Shown here: positions 31,560-43,652 of the stretch, in pieces
Numbering within the stretch: the stretch's first letter is position 1
Layout of the letters: each line of letters begins with the position of its first letter
Origin: Trichoplax adhaerens
Lineage: Eukaryota > Animalia > Placozoa
Reading direction: 5' to 3'
Length of the DNA: 64,000 nucleotides
NCBI RefSeq assembly: GCF_000150275.1
Contig: NW_002060944.1
Coordinates: 9,636,556-9,700,555 of the forward strand
Notes under the pieces: generated by a model
The model's input: the letters and a program-made list of their open reading frames with translations, nothing else
Databases searched by the model: none
What the model was told of the DNA's origin: nothing
Made by a program: the position numbers and the translations under genes

Positions 31560-32180
31560 ATTATTATTATCGTATTTGCTCTTTTTCTCTACAAATCAAT
31601 GGCATTTCTTATACTCGTACTCTACGCGTGCAACACGTTCGTGACATGCTCTTCAACTAAATAAAATGTTAACATGATTATTTGCATTAATTGATATTCT
31701 TTATTACTATGCTATATGCACCGCCTTCTTGTTATTAATGGCTACTAGCTAACCTCCATCTCACTTCAATAACCCTAAATTCTAGTTTTAAATACTGTAC
31801 CCAACTTCAAGTAATGGCTATCACGCCATACAAATGCCTGAATCTAATACAAGACGCTATCGTAGTATTTCACAAATACCAAATACAAACCAAAAGATAG
31901 AGAAATTACTATTTGATGCTAGTGTATCCTTTTTTACATTACAGTATCTTATACGTAAATCTATTAGCAGCTATTAAGATTAAGATTAACATTAACATTA
32001 TTGACATTACAGATTGACTATATAGAGACAGGGGATACAAGGTGAAGGTACTAATTAATCAATCGACTACGCCGATGTTTAGTAATTTCGTAATGATATT
32101 TTGTTAGCATTTATTGAAAATTTTATATAGGACCTATCAACAGCTTTATGACTGGAGAATTATGTAGATAAAGGCATTAC
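31560..32180. repeat. Duplicated block W, copy 1 (paralogous to 39830-40410)
   Basis: Shared tggcatt..ttatactc.tactctacg.gtg, caaaccaaaaga...gaaattactatt and tatataggacc.atcaacag.t..at.actggagaattatgt. Confidence 0.8.
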
Positions 32181-32724
32181 TAGACTGTACTATTTTACTC
32201 ATATTTTAGTTATTGAAATAGGCATCTCTAGAATAATCAGCAAGCATTATTATGCCTATGCTTTCTTAGCTAAACTATTAGTAGACTCGTAGTATTGCGT
32301 TAGGTCTCTGTAGTGGTTTAAATTTCCTCATTACAAATTTCGATTGTAACAATGTGTGTAACCTTAAAAATCCTTGACGATATCGAATTTCACTTAACTA
32401 TTAATCTATCTTACAGTTATTCAAATAGAAAGATAAAAACCGAATAGAATCTTGTATACTCACGGACAATCAGAAATACTTTCACAGTGTGTAAGTAAAC
32501 AGTATACTGGAGACTCTTTCCAATATTTTAAATCATCTAATGAAATTTAATTTATTTCAAATTCAGAATTAACTGCATTAATCTCGTTCTAGCAATAAAC
32601 AATCGACGTGCATATTGATGTTTATTCAGTATTCCTACAATCTACTCAACATAACCATATTAGCAGAACTATTTGACACATGTTTAAATTGGAATTATTG
32701 ATTATACGCGTATAATTATAATAA

Positions 32725-33825
32725 CTAGTAGTTTAGCCTGTCGCGTTGCTGACGGATCGTGACTCACAACATTAGTTTATATTACAGTTATTGTACTACA
32801 GTATTGCAAATATTAATGTAAATACATGTCATAGAATTGTAGTATTTTACAGTTTACCCATCGTGCATCGTCACAACCGATGATGATTACGCGCTATGTT
32901 ACTGTATAGCGGAAGGCCAGCAACCCATTGTCAAAATATTTTCTAAGACAGAAATCAAGGGTATAGAACTTGTAATTTCGTTATGATAATTCTTCGATAA
33001 CGCTATTTTTAGAAGTTATTAATATCCAATCTGTGAGTCACTAAAGATCATCATCACAACAATTCGAATCTTAATTAACTTTCTGCGCTGATATATCTTT
33101 GGAAAAGGTACACATTTCTGAAGGCACAGTACTATACCGTATGTGTCTCGTTGACATCTTTTTAAATGGAGCTCTTGCAATAGTAGGGAATCGTAATTCA
33201 CCCAGATTCAATAACCAATGACAATAAATATTATAGCTTTCTAGCTATTGTTGAAATATTTTATGATCATTAGCTGCTCTCTTGGAGTTTTATATATTAT
33301 TTCTTAGCTTTAAGGATATATAAATTTCTTCATAATGGATATGTGTGTGATATTTTCGGCAATAAGATAGCTGAAGATCCAAAAGGTTGAAGTATACAAT
33401 AAAGAACCAAGTATTAGAGAAATGTTCTTATTTTTATTTTAAGAAATGTTGGCAAATATGAGAACAGTGCAGGCTACCTTAGCTTTACGAGGTATATTGC
33501 TATAAGTATAGTATTTTTGGTGTGTCCGTACATGTAATATCATGGCTTACATTAAAACATCGCACAAACTCTGTGCCACAGAGTTCATCAGGTGCTTCCA
33601 ATAGGTGTTGATGACCGATAGGTACCTCATCCCATACTAAAATCGATGCTCCTTGAAGTAATCTACCAGATACCTGATATAGCATGATGAAGTTTCGTCT
33701 AAAATACGTCATTATTGCGGACTACGGATAGCACGATAGCAATGAACTTCCAATACCTCACACAGATTTGAGAAATATCTTTAAATACTAATTTTTCCCT
33801 ATAATTCTGAGTTGTCATACATAGA
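32725..33825 (-). mobile_element. Non-autonomous (internally deleted) Helitron, 1101 bp, both termini recognisable
   Basis: On the minus strand it begins A|TCTATGTATG at 33825 and ends CTAG|T at 32725, i.e. inserted into an AT target. A subterminal GC-rich hairpin ccgtc-agcaacgc-gacagg lies at 32737-32755. Internal fragment RLLQGASILVWDEVPIGHQHLLEA matches the Pif1-helicase motif II region (IIWDEAPM) of Helitron RepHel; a decayed KRCQRDTYGIV resembles the NKSQGQT motif. Confidence 0.8.
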
Positions 33826-34129
33826 TTATATAGCTAGCAAAGCACCGCAGTTACTTTCGTTTCTTTGTGATCTTGTCAAAGAAATACCAATTACAAAATT
33901 TAGAATTTATCGTCTTTACCTTGCTAATTTGGTTACACGTCATTCGTATTAATACTTAGCTTACTACAGCATACGCGTACTTTAAAATGATTGATTGATA
34001 AAATTGCATTTTGGCTTTAATTCCGTCTCTTTTTTTAATTTTCTCTTATACCTATATATAGCTAGCAAAGTACTGTGATATGAAATAAGAGATTCACTTC
34101 CGTTTATTTTTAGATAGTAACAAAATGTT

Positions 34130-34770
34130 TGCAACTACGTTATTATGATTTCATTTTATCTCTTCAGTAAATTACTCAATCATTTTTTTGTAGAAGGTAT
34201 TATAGTTTCTCGACAAAATTTACTTTCATCATTATTTTTAGATTTTTTCATTATATGTTCTTACTTTTTAGATTCTACACGACATTCACTCCACAATTTT
34301 TGTAGATATTCTTAAGGGTTATGCACGTGTATTCTGTCTTGTCAGCCTTATCGTTTTTTTGTTATTTTTTCATTATATGTTAGTTATTACTCTTTAGATT
34401 CTGTATGACATTTATCCTATCATTTTTATAGATGTTATTGTGGTTTATGCACCCGCATAACTTCTTTCCAGCGCATTTTTTGCCGAGGAACTTTGTATTG
34501 TAGATTTACAATACTTATACAGGAACTCTTTATTATACTGTAGATGCTATTTTTTCCTCGACATTTACTCTTTCCTTTACTATTACTCTATCATTTGAGT
34601 AGATGTTACTGCGGATCATCCATACGTGCTCATTCTTGTTAGCCTATATTTTTGTATATTAAAGATGTTACTGTCTTTTTATTTTCTACGACATGTACCC
34701 TTCCTTTACCGATTTTTTAGCGTTATTACAGATCGCATGGTTGCTCATTCCGGTCTTTCAATATAGTGTC
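34130..34770. repeat. Degenerate tandem repeats (about 120-130 bp)
   Basis: Recurrent ttttagattct..acgacatt....ttt.tagatgttat..tggtt.atgcac and cttgt.agcct. Confidence 0.6.
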
Positions 34771-35635
34771 GTCCTATGCAGGGGTATAAATTCAACAATA
34801 ATTATAGGGCAGCAATTTCGTATACACATATAAGCATATTTGCAAGTTAACTTACCCCTTGCAAGGACTAATACGGTTACATTGGCCATTTTGTCTAGTC
34901 ATAGTGTTCTTGGCTTGATGATTGCAATAATATCACAATATTGTTGACAATATGATAATAAAATAGCTAGTAATCTATTTTCTAAATACAATAGCTTAAA
35001 AATCTCTAACCTAATCTATTAATCTTTCTTTACTATTTAGTTGTCCCTGATTGTATCCATCCGTTCAAAATTTAAAGCCACAACAATTATTTAATAAATG
35101 TGTCTCATAATAACTATCTTAGTCAAATGCTGTTTTCTGAAAGGCTTTTATTACAAGGTTAAAGAATAGTAGAGCAATAATTAATACTTCAAGAATCTAG
35201 TCTAAAATTTAAAGTATTACTAGTTCAAAGCGAAGTGAAATCTCTTCTCCTCCGTGAGCTCATCTCTGCAATTCTTATAAAAATTTCGTTAAATCTATTT
35301 ATGACAACTTGATTAATCTACAATCAGACATGAGCTATCAAACAAAATACTTTTCTCTAATGGTACATCATTATTTTCTGCAATCTAAATCATCCTACTT
35401 AAGACGCCGCGACTCTTCTATTAACGTCTATGCCCTTTCTCTGAAGGGCATTTTAACAACCATAGGGGTTTCTAGCTGCATAAATCTTGTAACATAATTA
35501 GTCAACTGGCTACTATTAGTCATCAACAATTTCTAATATGGTAGTGAGCAATGATCACTAGTATCAATTTAAAGACGAAATTTACTACAGAACAAACTAA
35601 AATTTGTACTAGATACTGAGTTATCAGAGACGAAG

Positions 35636-38600
35636 TTAGTAGGGTAAATCATACTTCGATGGCATTCGACTTCTTCGGCGTTTGTTGTATCTTTTTCTAC
35701 GGTTTGCAAAAACTTTTATTTCTCTGTGATTGCTTTTCTGTGCTTCATAAATCTGTTTACATTTTATAATCCATTCGCAAATATACTCATACATAGTCTG
35801 CTTGGAGTCATTGCTAATACAATTTTCCAGCTGTATTTTTTTCATCCATTCGCACATTTTCTTGCATATGGTCAGCTTTGAGTTATCGCTAATACGATTT
35901 TTCCAACAACTAATTAGAAGTGGTACACATAACCAGTACCAAAAGAAACTAACGTTTTTATGAATGAGATTGAAATAAGGACTACATTTAATCCATGAAC
36001 AGTAATTTTCGATAATGAGCAGGTAAATAAAATGTGTGCAAGGGATTAAAATGAGTAGAACTTTAATTGCAGCTACTACCTTGCTATCATCACCCGTTTG
36101 TTGGTTTAGAAATTTCATATTAATAGCCCAACCGTTATCCGTTGCCTTATATAACTTTTTTATGTAATTTTTTTTTTTTCTAAACTACAGTTTGATTTCT
36201 TTTCTTTATAATGATCGTAAACTGCAGATTTTAAACCATTGGTTAATTTACGATCTAATGTAGTCTTGCCTTCTTGATTAAAAATTACAATAAAAAAATT
36301 TTCGAAACTAAATTTCCCATTGTTGACAATGACATCAAGCTTAATCTTGCATCCCATATCATTTTTGCCGCTCTCTTTTAACTTGTTCATAACATCTGCC
36401 CGTAATTTTTCATCGAGATCACTAACAAGTACGTCGTTGTTGTCCAAGTATATTTTCTGCAGCGAATTGCCTATGTAGAACATGATAGAATTAATTTAGG
36501 ACATAGTCCTGTAGTTATTCAGGATGATAGCGCATCTAATCGTAATAAAGGTACTAATATTTTTAAAAATATAAATCTTTGATATAAATACACAGCATAA
36601 TTACCTTCCGAAGGTAACGTTATTATTCTAGGGTTGACTGATACAGCTTTCTGGAATGCCTTTTCCATTATATTAATGCTTTTATAGCATGCCCTCATTG
36701 CATTTTCTTTTGATTGACAAAGATTTTCTAGCTGAAAAATGATCAAAGACAATGGCAAGGACGATCTACAAGTGGAATATAAAGTGTTCAAGTCCAAGTT
36801 CTCGAGGCTTAATGTATTTCCTGATCCATAAATTTCATAATATGTAGACATAATTAAAGCTGATCCTAGCCAAAACAACTTTAATAGATCATTAGATACA
36901 TATATCACTTTTCTTGTTTTCTTTGAGCATAAACAGTGGCATAATGATGTATCAGTCTCCATAATCTTTTCTTCAGGCTTACGGTTACCATAAAGGCTCG
37001 AGCTCAAAATAACCGTTAAAATTCTTAAATATGCTAGCCCCAAAAATCCTGAATATTGTGGATCCGGTCTGCAGCAATAAATTTCTGTCGCAATTTGCTG
37101 GTCAAGAGATTGCTTTTTAAATTCATTATTAATTAGATTTACCAGAAACCCAATCCATATAAAGAAAAGCATTAAATATCTGCAGTAGCGTAATACTGAT
37201 AAACTTGATGTAAATAACGCCGTAAAAGTAATTTCTTGAGTTTCGGATACTGAACAATAATCATTTTCATCCCTATGGTATAATGCAATAATACAAATCA
37301 TTCATCCTGCATTATTAAATTTCATTCATATATTAATAGTTCATATTTATATAGAATCACTACGAATTTGCCGATTTTTAATATAGTTTTGGTTTGAGGT
37401 TTATCTAGGAGAGAAATATAGTTTATTACACGTTTCCTGGTGATGGAAGATCGTCGGTACATGTACGTTTGGTTGTATTGCAGGTAAATGTCTTATGGAC
37501 ATCCCTAATACTGCATTTATATATTTTTCACGGTATGTCTGTAATTTAATGTTGTTTGGTCTTCGAGAAAGTGATTCAGGTTTTGTGTTGGTAATTAAAG
37601 AGTCTACTTTATTGATAATGTTGTCATATATCCTATTTTACACGACTAGTGACTTATGAACAGAACACGTATAGTATGCAACAGAGTATATCCCATCTTA
37701 ATGTACTAGGCAATCAGACATTGACACCTATTAGTTCTGCACTGGTATTATACTACACTATATTGTATATCGATTTTCCTTTCGACACTTGATGGTTCGC
37801 TTTCGTACACTCATCCTCGTCGCTCTTGTCATCTTGCTCATCAATAAAAACCTATCTCTTACTATATCTTGTGTATCAATTCTTTATCAGACCATAAGTG
37901 TCGTAACATCGACTACTCTTGTTACCTTGTAGTGTACGCGACATAGAACATGGGGAATCCTAGATATCGTACAATACTATTTAAGGCTTATCTACACCTT
38001 ATCTACTGTTACTAGATTAAGATCACATGCTACAAATGTTCACGTGCATTAGCATATAGTATTAAAGTTATGTTCGTACTAGAGCGGATTTATTGTCACA
38101 GTTCTTACGTCTCGTTAACGTGTGTATGATATCGCGCTTGATATGTGCTTCCAATAAAGCAGACTAAAGGAAAGCTCAAAGTCTCAGATTCTTGATCTCG
38201 TTACAAGAAGAAACATTACAGATAGTATACTACGTAANNNNNNNNNNNNNNNNNNNNNNNNNNNNNNNNNNNNNNNNNNNNNNNNNNTACGGTTATATCT
38301 ACAATATCGATAGCATTTTAATGATACGGTTGCAGAAATGATACCGAACAATTAGTCAATTCGCTATCAATCTTTTCAACAAACAACACTCTACACTAAA
38401 CGAGCAAGCTACAGTAATACAAGAAAATTAGACTATTTTGTTCTCTTACCTTGTCGATGAACACTCTTCCTCCAATGGCTTACAAAGTCGACTTTTTTCC
38501 TTCACTACTACTAATAAGATCAGTACTGAAAAGAAGAAAGTTAAATAAATAAAAACTATAGTTTCGGCAGCTTTGCTACCATCAGGATTACTTGGGAACT

Positions 38601-38790
38601 CTGAAGATAGGTCAGTCGACGAAGATCGTTTAATACGTATATCTGAGGGCTGTTTCTCTCTCTCCCATGGCCAAATTGTCTTATGGTCAAGATATAGAAG
38701 ATAGCTTAAGTAACTTCCCGCAAATATATGAAAAATGCATTCAAAGATAAGTAGAACACTAAAACAGACTAGGCATAGGTTGCACGCCAT
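35636..38790 (-). CDS. Orphan multi-pass membrane protein (600 aa or more if joined); frameshift at a T12 run and an assembly gap in intron 1
   Basis: Four long co-oriented ORFs (114, 260, 107 and 160 aa), the longest in this AT-rich window, with several hydrophobic helices. Plausible junctions: ...SSTR(AG|gtaaga) to ccatag|G-DENDYC, and EG|gtaatt to catag|GNSLQK. Extra small exons may lie at about 37925-37958 and 37780-37850. Confidence 0.65.
38238..38287. other. Assembly gap (50 N)
   Basis: Run of N. Confidence 1.
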
Positions 38791-39829
38791 AATTGTAGAT
38801 TTACTCTAGCGATTTCTAATTTATTGCTTATAGCAAAAGAATTGCAGTGTACAAATTGTTTCAACCCCGGAAAACTCGAGGGCACGTGTGCAGAGCGATA
38901 GCTATGACATTAATCGTCTATTGTATGCGTGTATATTCGTATACTATATCACGACGATACATACATTCTCCATTCGTAGTAGACAATGCATAGCATGCTT
39001 GCCTCGATATGCGGAAGTTATAAAGAAATAAATAATCCTGTAAAGTACTTTCGGTCGCATAAGGTATGGCTTAAAGGTTTAAATTACATTATCTGAATTA
39101 ATTAAGTTCATAGTGAAAACAATACAAGTAATCTTTTAATGCTCTATTTATCAGTTGAAATTACTTGTTGACTTTTCTGCATGACAGTGCAGCTTAAGAT
39201 CGAATAAGAATAACAAATTGACGATTCATTCACGTAAAGATATAGTCCTGGATTATTATTCAATATTTTAAAACCAATTTCGTTACCGATTCATCGCTGT
39301 GATATATGCCAATCACGAAATTCCAAAATTTAGAAAAATAAGGGCTTTATTGAATCTTATACAAAGATCAACTACACAGTTCTACTGTAGCCGAATACTA
39401 CTTCTAAAGACTTCTTGAACGAACTAACAGAATAATCTAAAGTTGCATGCTTTTATACTTTCCGTAGCATTCGCAGCTACAATCCGCATGGCAACCTTTT
39501 ACCTTATTATACACATAGTTAAATTATTCTTAGTAAGACTATTCTACTGCGGACCATCATTAATCCAATATGCATACGACTATAATACTTACGCAGACAT
39601 TATTCACACCAGCCAAAGTAGAATGAATTAACCATATCCTAATATATGATTTACAGTTCTATTTTTACCCATAGCCTTATTAGTAACTCAACAGCTTACT
39701 GTATATAGTCATCTGTACTCTAGCATAGAGTCTCTACCACTACAGTCTATAGTTATAGTTACCAAATATCTCTTAGGATAAATATCTACCGTACATTATG
39801 CTACACATGGCTAACAGTCTACAATCACA

Positions 39830-40410
39830 ATACATTATTTACCTGTGCCTCGACAATAAGTGGCATTTTTATACTCATACTCTACGTGTGAAGTACATTC
39901 GTGGCACGTTCTTTAAGTAAATGGTAGCTTAGCGAGCTTATCTGATTTGGTATTCTTTAATATTAAATTACAGTGCTGTACTAACCGAAGGTCTATGGCT
40001 ATCAAGCCATCCGAATCCACTACAAGTCGAAGGACTTCTCGATAAAACATGATTCCTCAAAAATAGAAAAATATTAATCTAATCATTTTTTATCGAGAAG
40101 TCCCTAGTACAACACGCTACCGTAGTGCGCCATAAATACTAAATGCAAACCAAAAGAGAAATTACTATTGGATACTACTTTTTTCTTTTTTTACATTACA
40201 CTCTCTTATATTGTACGTATATACAGTATATTAGCTACTATAAACATTACAGCTTGACTTTAAACAGACGGACATGCGAGTACATGGAGAAAATACTGAT
40301 AAATGTTTCGGTTATGCCGGCGTCTAGCAATTTTGTAGCCTTTATTGATATATTTCTATATAGGACCCATCAACAGTTCCATAACTGGAGAATTATGTCG
40401 AAAAAGATAG
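39830..40410. repeat. Duplicated block W, copy 2
   Basis: Same shared words as 31560-32180. Confidence 0.8.
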
Positions 40411-40537
40411 TAGTACATTCACTTTCTAGTAAATGACTCTTCCCCACACTTGATGTTGATAGTATCGTTTTTGTTCAGATCAGTACAATAATGTAACGCA
40501 GAGTAGATTCGTATTTTATACGTGTACTTGCGTATTA

Positions 40538-41512
40538 ACTCCAATGTTTTAGATAAGTTCGTATCCATGTTATTCAAGGTACTCTAAAATGTGATAAAAA
40601 ATTATTATACAAAATTTGTGCTTTAATAGTCGGTAGATTAATAGGAATCAAGAAATAAGGATGAAGTTGCGTCTAATCAAGTATAATTATGTGGCGCCTG
40701 TCTGTTAGTGTGGATATATTATTGACGGTATACGCGCATTAATTATCTATAAGTGCTCGTGTAAGAAACCCTTTAGCATGATTAAAAGAAAAAAACTTCA
40801 ATTAGGATCTACTAGTTAATTCGAAATTGATGCCGCTAATACTCTTTTACTATTCCTAAAGGTAATTAATCTTGATATATCATTTTTGATTAAGTTATCA
40901 TCCTTTCTAACGCCAGTTTGCAAATATTAGATCATACTCATACTTACACTAATTTATGACCATGCTTTTAATTATGATAATAATTTCTAATATAATATTT
41001 TGATTTCAACGCTGGATTACAAGGTATTTCAATTTACAAAGGCTTCAATAACTCAAGTCAAGATTATAAACTGCAGTTAATCGAACATTGACTTTACTCT
41101 TATTCGGTAATTCTTTGCTACGACTGAAACAATCTTTAATTTGCAAGCCGGTAATAAATTGATTATCGCAAGTTTAAATTGTTTTACATTAATAGATTGA
41201 TGATTAGAAACAAGAATATAATACATGACTTAAATGTATACAAAAAAGTTACTACATTAGGCTTAATTTTAATAAATATTTGCCCATAATTTCTGTAATA
41301 AATAAATCTAGATAAATAATATATGCGCGTATGGTTACGAAAATCGGCTGTAGTTCAATCCGCGGCAATGACTTAATCCATAACTGGGCAATAAGTTACA
41401 AGTTTTTTAGTAGACCTTGTGTTACAAATCTAATTAACTAAGGTCTTCATTATCTTCTACATAAGCAAACTATCGCACTGTTACTAATGTTTTAACAAAC
41501 GCATTGGGTCGT
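40538..41512. repeat. Duplicated block X, copy 2
   Basis: Same shared words as 29332-30297. Confidence 0.9.
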
Positions 41513-41650
41513 ACTATATCTTTAACTCATTCCTTTGCCAAAATTGCAAATAATTCAAAGTTTCGATAGAAATAATCCTTAGCAGCTCCGAGATGCTGTT
41601 ATTACGATGGAACAGATAGAGAGGATTGTATGATTACTTTGGAATTGCTA

Positions 41651-42272
41651 CTAAATTCCAAGCTCCAGTTTAATCAATGCTTTTATACTTGGATCGTCGA
41701 TTTTTTCTAGAGCTTGCTTAGCGTGAGATTTATCACCTTTATAATACTCAACTAATTCTTCGCAATACTTTAACCAAACACAATTAGCACAGCCACTCAT
41801 ACAACAAGTTACCGGCAGTTCGGGCGGTAATTTCTTGTCGATTGGAGCACTATCTACAATTATAATTATAATTGAAAATTAATCAGAATCGTTCATTTAT
41901 CATTTAAATATTTAAAATACTCGTAGTACCAGATTCTTAGTAAAGCGATACTTTTATGATTAAATCTATTGAAATGACGATATTTACCTTTAAGAACTGT
42001 GGTGTATGCTATACTACGATAGCGAAAATGTAGCAGGTAATTTATTCCTGAGAACGTAGCAACTTGATTTCCAGAACCCTAGTGGGAAAGAGTTGAGAAT
42101 ATTTTATTAATTTTAGCTTGTAAACTTGCTAATAGCAAATCGAGCATAAATCAGAGCGTAAATAAACATATAATTATTATACTTTAATTATTATTGGAAA
42201 AGGAAATCAATGTGGAAACAATTCTTATGAGGACACCCGCAGGTGCTCGCTTAATTTTTGAAGTTGCATCAT
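41651..42272 (-). CDS. OXLD1: Oxidoreductase-like domain-containing protein 1 (missed by the ORF track); first exon uncertain
   Basis: Exon 41651-41853 gives DSAPIDKKLPPELPVTCCMSGCANCVWLKYCEELVEYYKGDKSHAKQALEKIDDPSIKALIKLELGI*, with the diagnostic PxxCCMSGCxNCVW motif. Exon 41988-42078 (GSGNQVATFSGINYLLHFRYRSIAYTTVLK) is in phase. Candidate exon 1 is 42237-42272. Confidence 0.88.
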
Positions 42273-43288
42273 CCGATCAGTTATTTTAAAGTAATAAATT
42301 AACTACATTAAACTTGTAATTGTGCTAAAGCATACAGGTTGACTTTTATTGCAATATTCCTACACCGGTAGTATCATATTTATTTCTCTGCAGTAGCTTA
42401 GATTTCCTCGTTACAAATTACGATTTATAACAATGTGGGCAACCTTACTGCTTCTTGACGATTTTCAAATTCTTTAGAACTATTAATCTTTTTTGCAGCT
42501 ATTCGAATAGGATCTTGTATGGATATCTACTAGTATTCTTGTAGTGTACAAAATCAACAGTACTGTGTAGAGGAGAATGGAGATCCTTTGCAATGTTGCA
42601 TCATCTGATGAAATTTATTACAAAGTCAGAGTTTACTGCATTAAACTCGTATTTGCACTAAGCCATTGATACGGTGTTATACACTATAATGTCTAGATTA
42701 GAGTAGAAATATCTATGTTAGGATAATTTTGTTGATATACCCTTATTTAAAAAGTTTCTAAGTTAGATATGTGATGTTTAAATATAGTACTAGCTTTTTC
42801 GGTGCTATATACAGATACAGCCAACTGAAATTAGTAGTTTAACTTAACTAGGGAATCTAGAATAGTCATTATACAATTCAAATCACTGTGATTGTAACTT
42901 ACTTATGGTAGATTGCAGATTATCGCAGAAATATTCCGTGATAAGAGATATTGTAACCTGACAATTTTGTATTAGTCATTCGATGTCTATGTTCATAAAT
43001 ACTGTTGTTTTCATTAGGTAGCAGTAGATGAAATTAGCTTTTAATTGATTAGCAGGTTTCAACGTTAATACAAGTATTACTAACTAGGATGTCTTTGCTA
43101 TTGTAAAAGACAATATAAATGCGAAATATCGTATAATAAAGGGAGCGTTTAAGATTAGTATTTAGCGTAAGATACAAGGCGTCTAAGTCTTTTTGTAGTC
43201 TACTATTATAGGAAAAGTGTTCCTGAAATTGTAGATATTGCTCCCCGATACGTGGTTCAGGGAATCGACTTAATGATCGTACATTACG

Positions 43289-43652
43289 TTATCTTGTTGC
43301 AAAGCTGTTTTGTAACAGCCGTCGATGTTGATGTTGATCCAATACCTTACGACTTACTTAATATAACTATATCAGCAGAACTATGTGATTCCTGTTTAAC
43401 TTAGCAGTAATGTACTTGCATATTAATCGTGACAAGTAGAGAAATCCTTCTAGGTGAATGTGTATCTGTTACAGTATCCATCATACTTTGACGTGAACCG
43501 GTGAACGATCCCTTGACTACCTCAACAATTGCTTCCAGGAATGAACAAGAAAGATTAAAATAATCATGATTTTATCGACAAACCTTTGATACATAAGCAT
43601 ATCTGCAAGCTAACTTGCCCATTGAAAGGACGAATGCAGTCGCATTGGCCAT
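43289..43652 (-). CDS. Copy C of the orphan family: possible intact 68-aa microprotein
   Basis: MANATAFVLSM (G|gcaagt) + AIVEVVKGSFTGSRQSMMDTVTDTHSPRRISLLVTINMQ (|gtacat) + VLDQHQHRRLLQNSFATR*. Upstream there is a TATA-like tataaata at about 43934-43941 next to a TACTGTA word. Splice sites are weak or non-canonical. Confidence 0.3.

Larger units (their letters stand above)
32300..34975 (-). pseudogene. Copy B of the orphan family, interrupted by a Helitron and by internal degenerate repeats
   Basis: 34-nt ATG segment at 34856-34889 (MANVTVLVLAR) with a gtaagt donor. Homology to copies A and C resumes at about 32700-32500 (GILNKHQYARRLF), on the far side of the Helitron. Confidence 0.5.

Noticed and set aside
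34130-34770. Repeats considered as the Helitron N-terminal coding repeats
   Set aside because: They lie outside the inferred 5' TC terminus at 33825 and are riddled with stops.
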